Shown: in pieces, positions 29,652 to 38,394 of the stretch | Layout of the letters: every line of letters starts with the position of its first letter | Numbering within the stretch: position 1 is the stretch's first letter | Source of the DNA: a bacterium | GTDB taxonomy: Bacteria; RBG-13-61-14; DATKZS01 | NCBI GenBank assembly: GCA_963674965.2 | Contig: CAXXFL010000001.1 | Coordinates: 1,280,001 to 1,344,000 of the forward strand | Direction of reading: 5' to 3' | Length of the DNA: 64,000 nucleotides | The notes under the pieces: model-generated | Database searches by the model: none | What the model was told of the DNA's origin: nothing | What the model saw: the letters and a program-made list of their open reading frames with translations, nothing else | Translations under genes and position numbers: made by a program

Positions 29652-30025
29652 CGCAACCGGCCGAGAAAATTGCCGCCGCGGCCCGGATTCTTGAGAGTTC
29701 CATCGAGGAGGAAGACCACGTCATGTACGCCTGCCTGATGGACGAGACGGGCAAGAGGGTGGCGGAAAAAGAAGGGGCGAAAACCGTCGAGGAGGCCCGA
29801 TCGATCAGGTCCAGCCTGCACGGTCTGGCCCAAGGCTATCCTCGCGGGGGCCTGGCCAGGGCCTTCATCGAGGACGAGATGGGCACGATCGCCCTGTATT
29901 GCGTCGCCGGCGATCTGTATCTGGCGGTCGCGGCCGAGCCCGGATCGCCTCTCGGAGCCGTCTCGATGACGGCCGGCCGCGTCGCGGAGCGGATAAAAAG
30001 CTCCCTCCAAACGGGACTCGAGTGA
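29648..30025 (+). CDS. Roadblock/LC7-like protein
   Basis: ACLMDETG...LYLAVAAEPGSPLGAV; resembles the C-terminal domain of the preceding gene; ATGA overlap. Confidence 0.7.
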   Translation: MTQPAEKIAAAARILESSIEEEDHVMYACLMDETGKRVAEKEGAKTVEEARSIRSSLHGLAQGYPRGGLARAFIEDEMGTIALYCVAGDLYLAVAAEPGSPLGAVSMTAGRVAERIKSSLQTGLE

Positions 30026-30029
30026 AGCT

Positions 30030-31082
30030 ATGAACACGGAACTGGAAAATAGTTACAAGCCCTTGTTGATTAAAACGGAGCCTCGCCCGGAAATGACCTT
30101 CGAGAGTTTCGTCACCTGCCGGGCCAACGAGTTTCCGGCCGAGGTGGCCAAGACCCTGGCCGAGGGACACACCCCCGCCTACAACCCGCTTTTTATTTAC
30201 AGCGACGTTGGACTGGGCAAGACCCACCTCCTTTACTCGATCGTCAATGAGGTCAACCGGATAGGCGAGGCTTCCATCGCCATATTCAACGCCGTCGACC
30301 TCGAGGCCGAGTTGGAGAGGGCGGACCGAATAGGCCGGCGGGCGGAGCTTCGGGATTGGCTCATTAAAAAGGACGTCCTTCTTATAGACGACGTCCAGTT
30401 CTGCGAGTCCAGCGAGTCCTTCCAAAAGGAGTTGTTCGCCATAATCAGCGGCATGACCTCGCTGAACAAGAGGGTGGCCATAACCTGCGACGTTCCTCCC
30501 ACCCGGCTCAGGGGCATCGAGAAACGGCTCATCTCCAGGCTGGGGGGAGGAGTTATCGTGAGCTTGCAAATGGCGGACCTGAACGCTCGGATCGAGATTC
30601 TGAGAAGGACCGCCGCCGAGGCCCCCATCGACGAGGACGTTTACAAATACCTGGCCGAGCGCATCGACGACAACGTGCGAAGGCTAAAGGCCGCCGTTTA
30701 CCAGCTTCTGGTCCATCACCGGGAGACGGGAGTGGAGATAAACATCGAGCTGACTCGGGCCATAATACCCATGCCCGAGGACCTGGCTCATGGACCCGCT
30801 CGGGAGGACGAGGCCCGAGGAGCGTCGGGAAAGCGGTCCGGCTCGGAACGGGAAACCTCGGCCTCGGGGATCGACCGGTTCAAGAAAATGCTCCAGAGCG
30901 CTGAAAACGAAAGGGAGCAGGCCCTGGCCCTGCAGATAGCCATAGGCGAACGCATAAGGCAGCTTCGAGGCAAGGAAGAAAACCGGCAGACCCTGGAAAA
31001 ATTAAATAACGCCCTCAGCCTTCTTCGGGCGGGAGAGCTTAAGGCGGCCGTCGAGTTTATGGCCGAGATAGGCGGGGATTGA
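30030..31082 (+). CDS. DnaA/Hda-family AAA+ ATPase lacking DnaA domains I, II and IV
   Basis: TFESFV, YNPLFIYSDVGLGKTHLL, LLIDDVQF, RLISRL, NVRRL; no C-terminal DnaA-box-binding HTH. Confidence 0.88.
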   Translation: MNTELENSYKPLLIKTEPRPEMTFESFVTCRANEFPAEVAKTLAEGHTPAYNPLFIYSDVGLGKTHLLYSIVNEVNRIGEASIAIFNAVDLEAELERADRIGRRAELRDWLIKKDVLLIDDVQFCESSESFQKELFAIISGMTSLNKRVAITCDVPPTRLRGIEKRLISRLGGGVIVSLQMADLNARIEILRRTAAEAPIDEDVYKYLAERIDDNVRRLKAAVYQLLVHHRETGVEINIELTRAIIPMPEDLAHGPAREDEARGASGKRSGSERETSASGIDRFKKMLQSAENEREQALALQIAIGERIRQLRGKEENRQTLEKLNNALSLLRAGELKAAVEFMAEIGGD

Positions 31083-31249
31083 GGCGTGGAAGAATGATTC
31101 CCACCATCGCGAACGAATTCCGCGGCCGGGTCGAGAGTCCTCCCCTGGACCCGGCGGCGATAACCCATAGAAAAAAGGACGCCCTGAATATAGGTAAGTC
31201 AAACGGATCAAACAACGCAATTAACGGCAATTAGAAAGGAGAAAGAAAA

Positions 31250-31600
31250 ATGGCAAGCAAAGCGAACGGAATCATCAAGGAATTGAGCGGCACGGACGGC
31301 GTTCATGAGGTCCTGGTCGTGGGACGCGACGGTTTCGTAATCGACCACGTGGGCGACATGGACGCGGACGGAGTTGGCGCGGTTGTGTCCACCGCCATCG
31401 GCGCCATCGAGGCCATGGGAAGGGACACGGAGCAGGGAAACCTGTTCGAGATCATGGCCGAGTACAACGAGGGGACCATAATAGCCGCGCCCGTGGGCAG
31501 GGACGCCGTGTTGGGCATGGTCGCCAGCTCGAGCGCCAATCTTGGCGGCATACGCCACGCGGCCAAAAAGGCCATACGTGACCTGGAAAGGGCCCTGTAG
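31250..31600 (+). CDS. Roadblock/LC7 domain protein
   Basis: LVVGRDGFVI...EYNEGTII...ANLGGIR; AAGGAG RBS. Confidence 0.9.
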   Translation: MASKANGIIKELSGTDGVHEVLVVGRDGFVIDHVGDMDADGVGAVVSTAIGAIEAMGRDTEQGNLFEIMAEYNEGTIIAAPVGRDAVLGMVASSSANLGGIRHAAKKAIRDLERAL

Positions 31601-31627
31601 GGCGGGGCCGGGAAAAGGAGAGATGAA

Positions 31628-32095
31628 ATGGCGGAAAAAGTAGACGTTAAGGCGGTCGAGGCGATCCTTTACGGGCTCTACAAGGCCCTTCACAAACTGG
31701 CGGGGGCCAGCGCCCCGGCGGTAATGCGCCAGGCGGCGCCGGACATGCTCGAGGAACTGGGCAAGCTGGGGGTGGACTTCTCCTGCGTCGACGACATCGA
31801 CAAGCTTCAGAGCAAGCTGGGAGACACCGTGACCAACACCGGGCTGTGCGACAAGATCGAGTTCTCGAAGAACGGCGACGACCTGACGGCCAAGATACAC
31901 GGATGCTCATTTTACGGCCTGACCAGTCAGCTCAAGTCCGAGGGCATCGAGCCTTTTGGCTGCCCTTTCGCCGCTCTTACCGTGGCCCTGGCCGAGAAGA
32001 ACCTGGGTAAGCGGGCCAAGGTCAAGGAACTCCATCCCACGGCGGGAGGAGGACCGGGCGACACGACCCTGATAGTCGAGATGCACGAAAAATAA
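31628..32095 (+). CDS. V4R/H-NOX-fold-like protein (hypothetical)
   Basis: Helical N-terminal half, then TGLC...IHGCSF...GCPFA Cys pattern; AAGGAG RBS. Confidence 0.6.
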   Translation: MAEKVDVKAVEAILYGLYKALHKLAGASAPAVMRQAAPDMLEELGKLGVDFSCVDDIDKLQSKLGDTVTNTGLCDKIEFSKNGDDLTAKIHGCSFYGLTSQLKSEGIEPFGCPFAALTVALAEKNLGKRAKVKELHPTAGGGPGDTTLIVEMHEK

Positions 32096-32163
32096 GCGCC
32101 ATGCGTCAAAAGGGCTAGTGCCCGCCGAGGCTCGACCCGGACGAGGCTTAAGGAGGGGTCCTT

Positions 32164-33171
32164 ATGGCCAGCGACCAGACCTTTAACCGCGGCGATCCCA
32201 AACGGGTTGTCTGGGGCCTCGAAGGATTGGATAGCAAGTCAATCAAAGCCGACGATCAACGCTCCTCGAACCAATTGTGGGAAAAGCTTAGCCAGGCGGC
32301 TCAAAACAAGTGGACGGGCCTGATCAACGTGACCCGCGACGGCCGGACAATTGGAAGCGTCGTTCTGCAAAAGGGTTTCGTGGCCTGGGCCGTGAGCAGG
32401 GGCCAGAGCAACTCGCTGGGAGAACTCCTCGGCAAGGTTGGCCTGCTCTCGAGCCATGACGTGATGAGGGCGCAGAACGAATACATAAAAAACAAGGGAC
32501 GAAAGAAACTGGGCGCCATCCTCGAGGAAATGGGACTCATTCAAAGGCCGGTGCTGAGAAGGTGCCTTCTCCTTCATACCAGGAGCGCCCTGGAGGAACT
32601 GCTTAAATATGACGACGCCGAGACCTCGGTGTCCGAGAAGTCCTTCGAGGCCGACGAGCGCATTATTTTCGAGCTTGGCGAAATACTCCCGTCACTGGGG
32701 GGGACCGACGCGGAATTCAACGGCGGCGGTCTCTGGCGCGGGAGGCCGGAGTGGTACGGCAGGAACGAGGACAACGAGGAACTGGCTTTCCTTGCCTCGG
32801 TGCTCGGTTACCAGGCCGCGGCCGTTATCTCGGCCAAGGGTGAAATCCTTTCCGCCCATTGCGCGGCCAAGGATATTGACCCGGTATTGATCGGGATTTA
32901 CCTGACCTCGATCCTCGACACCTCCGCCCGCACGGTATATCCCAATCCTTTGGCCAACGTTAAGTTTATCTATCTCGAGTGCTCCGACCATACCCTGGTC
33001 TCGAGATGGATAGACGAGGAAAAAACCCATATCATCGCCGTCGTGCTCGCCAACGGCGGCGGCGTGGGCATGGCCAAATATCTTATGGACGGGCGCCTCG
33101 GCGAGCTTCGGAATTGGCTTTTTACCGGCCAACGCAAAAGCCAGGGCGGCCAGGGACGTCCCGGGCATTGA
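32164..33171 (+). CDS. DUF4388-like + tandem MshEN-like motifs + C-terminal roadblock-like domain
   Basis: WTGLINV...GFVAWA; LGELLGKVGLL and KLGAILEEMGLI; AAAVISAKGEIL...GVGMAK. Confidence 0.65.
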   Translation: MASDQTFNRGDPKRVVWGLEGLDSKSIKADDQRSSNQLWEKLSQAAQNKWTGLINVTRDGRTIGSVVLQKGFVAWAVSRGQSNSLGELLGKVGLLSSHDVMRAQNEYIKNKGRKKLGAILEEMGLIQRPVLRRCLLLHTRSALEELLKYDDAETSVSEKSFEADERIIFELGEILPSLGGTDAEFNGGGLWRGRPEWYGRNEDNEELAFLASVLGYQAAAVISAKGEILSAHCAAKDIDPVLIGIYLTSILDTSARTVYPNPLANVKFIYLECSDHTLVSRWIDEEKTHIIAVVLANGGGVGMAKYLMDGRLGELRNWLFTGQRKSQGGQGRPGH

Positions 33172-33172
33172 A

Positions 33173-33661
33173 ATGCAGGTCATACACGAATTGAACGAGG
33201 CGGCGGCGGCGGGAGACCTCGAGGAGGTAAAAAGACTGTTGGCCGCCGGTAAAAACGTTGACGGTCTCGACCAGTACAGCGAGACGCCTCTCCACCGCGC
33301 CGCCTGGGGAGGAAGCCTTTCCGTGGTAAGGCTCCTTCTTGAAAACGGGGCCGAGGTCAACGCGAGAACGCCCTACGGCAAAACGCCTCTTCATCGTTGC
33401 GCCGCGCAAGGCCACGTCGAGATAACCAGGCTTCTTCTCGAGAGGGGCGCCGAACCGAACGCCAAGAATCGGGACGGGGAAACGCCCCTTCATTGGGCCG
33501 CCAAAAAAGGCCAAATCGAGACGGTGGAGATTCTTCTCGCCCGCGGCGCCGCGACGGACGTGGTGAACGTAAACGGAAGGTCCGCCGAAGACCTGGCCCT
33601 GGCGAACGATTTCACTCTGGTGGCCGAGCGAATCGCAAGGGCCAATGAAACCGGCCAATAA
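33173..33661 (+). CDS. Ankyrin repeat protein
   Basis: ETPLHRAA, KTPLHRCA and ETPLHWAA repeats with LLENGAEVN-type ends. Confidence 0.95.
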   Translation: MQVIHELNEAAAAGDLEEVKRLLAAGKNVDGLDQYSETPLHRAAWGGSLSVVRLLLENGAEVNARTPYGKTPLHRCAAQGHVEITRLLLERGAEPNAKNRDGETPLHWAAKKGQIETVEILLARGAATDVVNVNGRSAEDLALANDFTLVAERIARANETGQ

Positions 33662-33709
33662 AAAAGCCGATCTTGATAAAGCCCCGGCGACGATTGGCGG
33701 GAGAAATTA

Positions 33710-34831
33710 TTGACGGATTGCGCAAAAAAATTGGAAGACAGCCTCAGCCTCGACGGCGCGGCGCTGGACCTTTCAGGCCGCGGCCTGACCGGCGTGCCCG
33801 AGGAGGTTTTCGCCATGACCTCCCTCGAGGGCCTCAACCTTGAAAAAAACAGGATTACCGAGATTGACGCGCGAATAGAAAACCTGACAAGCCTCAAATG
33901 GCTAAAGCTCGAAAGAAACAGACTGTCCCACCTGCCGCCTTCCCTTGGCGGCCTCCCCCAGCTGGAAGTCCTCGAGGCGGGATTTAACCGCCTCGAGGGA
34001 CTTCCAGAAGAAATCACGCTTTGTAAAAATCTGCGCGTCCTGAACGTGGTTTATCAGAAGCCTCCTCTTAAGGAGGAGAAGCGCCTGGGAAAAAGCGGAT
34101 TGGCCCGGCTTCCCGAAACATTGGGGGACCTTTCGCGCCTGGAAATCTTGGACGTGAGGCTAAACCGGATCGAGTATCTTCCCACCTCGGTCTTCGAGCT
34201 CAAGTCCCTTAAGACGCTAATGATCAACAATAATCTGATAAAAGAGCTTCCCGAGAGGATCGGCCTCGCCGCGTCCCTGGAAGAGATATGGGCGTCAAAC
34301 AACCTGATCCGGGAACTCCCCCCGCGAATTGGAGAGCTTAAAAACCTGAAAAAACTCTGCCTGAGCGGAAATCGACTCGAGGAACTTCCCCGCCGGATAG
34401 GGGAACTCGAGTCCCTCGAAAAACTCGACCTCTCTGGAAATGAACTAAGCTTCCTGCCGGCAAGCATCGGTGACCTTCACAACCTCGAGTACCTGTGGCT
34501 GAACCATAACCATCTTCGCTCCCTGCCCCGGGAGATAGGAAAATTGGGAAAGCTTAAGTGGATGTTTCTCAAGGAGAACCGCCTTGTATCCCTTCCTCGG
34601 GAAATGGGGAACATGACGAGCCTTACCAGGCTGGACTTAGGCTGCAACCGGCTGACCCAGGTCCCCGCCGAGCTCGAGGGCCTCCACGAACTTGAGGAAA
34701 TGTGGATTGACAACAACCTCCTCGAAAAGCCCCCTCGCGGCCTTATGGCCATGAAGGGTCTCGAAAATCTCCACATGTACGGAAACAGGTTCCACGCCGA
34801 GACCGAAATCCCGGGAAAGGAGGGCGCATGA
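33710..34831 (+). CDS. Leucine-rich repeat protein (23-aa LPxxIGxLxxL type)
   Basis: More than a dozen LxxLxLxxNxLxxLPxxIG units; TTG start. Confidence 0.93.
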   Translation: MTDCAKKLEDSLSLDGAALDLSGRGLTGVPEEVFAMTSLEGLNLEKNRITEIDARIENLTSLKWLKLERNRLSHLPPSLGGLPQLEVLEAGFNRLEGLPEEITLCKNLRVLNVVYQKPPLKEEKRLGKSGLARLPETLGDLSRLEILDVRLNRIEYLPTSVFELKSLKTLMINNNLIKELPERIGLAASLEEIWASNNLIRELPPRIGELKNLKKLCLSGNRLEELPRRIGELESLEKLDLSGNELSFLPASIGDLHNLEYLWLNHNHLRSLPREIGKLGKLKWMFLKENRLVSLPREMGNMTSLTRLDLGCNRLTQVPAELEGLHELEEMWIDNNLLEKPPRGLMAMKGLENLHMYGNRFHAETEIPGKEGA

Positions 34832-35214
34832 ACGCCTCGAGCGAAGCCGAATCGGCCGATTATATAATAAGCCCGACTCCGTTTCCTCATGGCGTCCGCG
34901 TGCTTATAAAGCCGGAGCCGGAAACCCCCAAGGAATGGATAGAGTTGGAGATCGGCGGAGAGACCATCGCCCGGGCGAACATCCTCAGGGAAGGCCGCCG
35001 GGTCACGGTCAAATTCATAACCGTGCATCCCTCCCATGAAAGACAAGGGGTGGCCGGCTCGATCCTGGCCGAGCTGAAAAAAAACCACTCCGAGATCGTC
35101 GCCCAGGGCGTTAAATACCAAGCCAGGGGATTCTGGGAAAAATGCGGCTTTCAAAGAATGGGAAAAACGAAAAACTGGAGATGGACGTCCGACTCGCCAA
35201 GCTTCCCGCCATAA
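34828..35214 (+). CDS. GNAT-family acetyltransferase
   Basis: VHPSHERQGVAG (acetyl-CoA motif A) and ARGFWEKCGF; ATGA overlap with the LRR gene. Confidence 0.8.
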   Translation: MNASSEAESADYIISPTPFPHGVRVLIKPEPETPKEWIELEIGGETIARANILREGRRVTVKFITVHPSHERQGVAGSILAELKKNHSEIVAQGVKYQARGFWEKCGFQRMGKTKNWRWTSDSPSFPP

Positions 35215-35366
35215 GTCCCGGATTAATTTCTCCTCCTCTGCCCGGGATAGAGATATCCGACCAGTAATACAAGGCCCGCCATATTTTTTGCCTTCCCTAA
35301 AAAAAATCTCCTCTAACCTATACAAGCCGGGGTTTTTTGTGATAAAATCGGGCGGAGGTTTCGGAA

Positions 35367-36872
35367 ATGGAGATAAAAATTCTAGGATGCTCCGGGGGCA
35401 GGACCCCCGACCATGAGCTTACCAGCTACCTGATCGACGACTCCCTGCTCATCGACACGGGCAGCGCGGCCTCCACCATGAGCCTCGAGCTGCAGGAGAA
35501 CCTGAACAATATCTTTATCACCCACGCCCATCTCGACCATATCATCGGCATAGCCCATATATACGACAACACTCGGAACCTTCGGGTCCATCCGCTTCAC
35601 GTTTACGGCACCGAGCCCGTGCTTCGCAACATCCGGGAGCACCTTCTGGTTCCCTCGATCATGCCCAACTATAACCCCAAGGACAAAGGGGAGCCGGGAA
35701 TAAATTTTCATCCCATCGCTCTCGAGATTCCTTTCCGGATCGGCAATTTCGAGGTGGAGGCCTATCCGGTGAACCACACTCCCGGCGCCGTGGCGGTCCG
35801 GGTTTCGGACGGCCTGCACAATTTCATGTTCACCGGCGACACGGGCAGGACCGACCGCATCTGGAACTGGATAAAAAGAAAGGGCATGGTTGACTGCCTT
35901 ATCGCCGAGGTCAGCTTTCCCAACAAGATGCACGAGCTGGCCGAGGTGAGCGCCCATCTTACCTGCCAGTCCCTGATCGAGTCGCTGGTCAAGGCGGAAA
36001 TACCCGGAGACGCCAAGGTGCACGTGGTCCATTTGAAGCCCGCCTTTATGGACGAGCTTCTCGAGGAAATCGAAGGGGAGGAGGACTGGAACCTGATCGC
36101 CCTTAAAAAAGGCGACGTGATCAGGCTGGACCCGGGCAAGAAGGAGCCCCGCATCCTCCAGGAGGAGATCGAGGAAAAGGTCACCGATAAAATTCCCGAG
36201 TTCGACAAGGCCTCGGACCTTTACGAGCAGCGCGAAAAAATGAGCAACGAGTTTGGCGTGTCCGCCGCCAAGGGCGACGTCATCTTCCAGCAGGGCGACA
36301 CCAGCACGATCATGTATATCATCCAGGAGGGCAAGGTCCGGATAGTAAGGAAAGCCTTCCGCTACGAGAAGACCCTGGCCGTGCTCGGGCAGGGCGACTT
36401 CTTCGGCGAGATGGCCATGCTCAACAACAGGCCCCGCTCCGCCACGGCCGTGGCCATGACCGACGTCAAGCTCCTGGCCTTTGACAGGAAGGCCTTCGAG
36501 TCCCTCATCCTCGACAACTTCGGCGTGGCCCTACGCATCATCCGCACCTTGTCCAACCGGCTCCAGGACGCGGACGGGCTCATCGAGAACCTCTTGTACG
36601 TGGACCCCGAGTCGAAGATCATCAACACCCTGATCAAGGCGGCCTACGACGAGGGGATCGAAACCAGCGAGGGCTTCGTCATCCGGACCACCCCCGAGGA
36701 GCTGTCCGACCGAAGCGGCGTCATCATCGAGACCTTGCGCGACATCCTTACCGACCTGGTCAAAAACAAGATGATCCTCGCCCGCAGGGAAACCCTCATC
36801 ATACCCGACCCCCAAAAACTGAAAAGGCTCATGAAGTTCCTCGAGCTGAAAGACGAGTTCCTCACGGCCTGA
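35367..36872 (+). CDS. MBL-fold (class II-like) cyclic-nucleotide phosphodiesterase fused to Crp/Fnr cNMP-binding and HTH domains
   Basis: ILGCSGG, THAHLDH, FTGDT and EVSFPN; then GDFFGEMAMLNNRPRSATA and TPEELSDRSG. Confidence 0.85.
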   Translation: MEIKILGCSGGRTPDHELTSYLIDDSLLIDTGSAASTMSLELQENLNNIFITHAHLDHIIGIAHIYDNTRNLRVHPLHVYGTEPVLRNIREHLLVPSIMPNYNPKDKGEPGINFHPIALEIPFRIGNFEVEAYPVNHTPGAVAVRVSDGLHNFMFTGDTGRTDRIWNWIKRKGMVDCLIAEVSFPNKMHELAEVSAHLTCQSLIESLVKAEIPGDAKVHVVHLKPAFMDELLEEIEGEEDWNLIALKKGDVIRLDPGKKEPRILQEEIEEKVTDKIPEFDKASDLYEQREKMSNEFGVSAAKGDVIFQQGDTSTIMYIIQEGKVRIVRKAFRYEKTLAVLGQGDFFGEMAMLNNRPRSATAVAMTDVKLLAFDRKAFESLILDNFGVALRIIRTLSNRLQDADGLIENLLYVDPESKIINTLIKAAYDEGIETSEGFVIRTTPEELSDRSGVIIETLRDILTDLVKNKMILARRETLIIPDPQKLKRLMKFLELKDEFLTA

Positions 36873-36954
36873 CGCAAGGGAACGTTGAAGGCGCGGCGGT
36901 CCGCGCGGATAAAGGTTTTCCCGCCTCGGAATAAATATCAAAAAGGAGAAGATC

Positions 36955-37749
36955 GTGAATTACGAAGATATGGTCATATGGATAACCGGCGCCTCCTCCG
37001 GCATCGGCGAGGCCCTGGCCCTCCAGTACGCGAAAAAAGGAGCAAGCCTCATTATCAGCTCGAACGAGCCCGAGCAGCTCGAGCGCGTCCGGGAGTCGTG
37101 CCCGGCCAAGGAAAAAGTCGCCGCCCTCTTCCTTGACCTTCTCGACCTCGACTCGATTCCCGCCAAGGGACAGGAGGCCCTTTCCAAACACGGGCGGGTG
37201 GACCTCCTGATAAACAACGGCGGCATCAGCCAGCGCTCACTCGTGCCCGAGACGGCCATGGCCACCTATAAAAAGATCATGGACATAGATTTCTTCGGAC
37301 ACGTGGCCGTTACCAAGTCGATCCTTCCCTCGATGCTCGAGCAAAAGGCCGGCCATATTGCGGTCACCAGCTCGGTCACGGGCAAGTTCGGCGCTCCCCT
37401 TCGCTCGGGCTACAGCGCGGCCAAGCACGCCCTGCACGGTTTCTTCGACACGCTGCGGGCGGAGGTCTGGAAGGAAAATATCAAGGTCACCATCGTTTGT
37501 CCCACCTCGGTCAAGACCAATATCTCCTTCCACGCCGTGGCGGGCGACGGCAAGGAATACGGCAAGATGAGCGACCATCTGGCCAAGGGCCTGACCCCCG
37601 AGGAGGCGGCCCGCCGGTACATCCGGGCCCTCGAGCAAGGCAAAGAGGAGGTCGTTATAGGAGACGACGCCTTAAAGTACGCGCCCCTTATAAGAAGGAT
37701 TTCTCCCGCCCTCTTCTCGCGCATGTTAAGGAAGGCCAAGGTTAACTGA
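36955..37749 (+). CDS. Short-chain dehydrogenase/reductase (DHRS7-like)
   Basis: TGASSGIG, NNGG, YSAAK. Confidence 0.93.
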   Translation: MNYEDMVIWITGASSGIGEALALQYAKKGASLIISSNEPEQLERVRESCPAKEKVAALFLDLLDLDSIPAKGQEALSKHGRVDLLINNGGISQRSLVPETAMATYKKIMDIDFFGHVAVTKSILPSMLEQKAGHIAVTSSVTGKFGAPLRSGYSAAKHALHGFFDTLRAEVWKENIKVTIVCPTSVKTNISFHAVAGDGKEYGKMSDHLAKGLTPEEAARRYIRALEQGKEEVVIGDDALKYAPLIRRISPALFSRMLRKAKVN

Positions 37750-37763
37750 TTAAAGGAGGGCGC

Positions 37764-38252
37764 GTGAAAAGCATATTTAATCGCGCCTTAGGTTTTTTCA
37801 TAAAAGGCTCAAGGGCACAAAGGGCCAGACAAGAAGCTGGCGCGCGAGCAAGTCGAGAGATGATCCCGCGGAGCGCCACCAGCGAGGCGCCCGCCAAACC
37901 GGACGGGACGGCCGGAGCGTCTTCATGGCGTCCTTACGGCGAGGGCCGGACCATTGGCGGGACGGGATCGGAGAGCGGCGTCATCCTGTCTAATGAGGAG
38001 ACCAAAGGCGGCGCGCGTATTACCCTCGAGCGCGATTGCTGGTCGTCTCCTTTTGCCATTACCTGCGGCGTTTACGGCGTCATGGTCCACACGAGCTTCT
38101 TTACCAGTTTGGAGGACGCCCGAAACGATTACGGCGAAATGAAGGCGGAGCTCGAAAGGTTACTCGATCTCATGGCTTCAGAAGAAGCGCAAGATGATGA
38201 TCGAACGCCCGGCTGGCAAGGGGCCATGGATAAGTTTATCGAGAGATTTTAA
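37764..38252 (+). CDS. Hypothetical protein
   Basis: AAGGAGG RBS before GTG; globular-looking C-terminal part GARITLER...FAITCGVYG.MVHT. Confidence 0.65.
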   Translation: MKSIFNRALGFFIKGSRAQRARQEAGARASREMIPRSATSEAPAKPDGTAGASSWRPYGEGRTIGGTGSESGVILSNEETKGGARITLERDCWSSPFAITCGVYGVMVHTSFFTSLEDARNDYGEMKAELERLLDLMASEEAQDDDRTPGWQGAMDKFIERF

Positions 38253-38394
38253 CGGGACCACCTCATGCCCTTTACCTGACATTGGCGGATAATCCTTCGC
38301 GAAACCGATTGACTTATAGGGACTGGGCGGAGTATCCTGTCGTGTATAAAGAATGCGGCATACACGAGGAACATACGGCCTGAAGCGCGGCGTC

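Noticed and set aside
30030-31249. Chromosomal dnaA / oriC
   Set aside because: No domain I or IV, no dnaN/recF/gyrB, and no cluster of TTATCCACA boxes in the flanks
28301-34831. Split Roco protein or NLR-like anti-phage system (GTPase/ATPase + LRR + ankyrin)
   Set aside because: The GTPase is MglA-type with no COR domain, the ATPase is DnaA-clade rather than STAND, and no nuclease, TIR or SIR2 effector was seen
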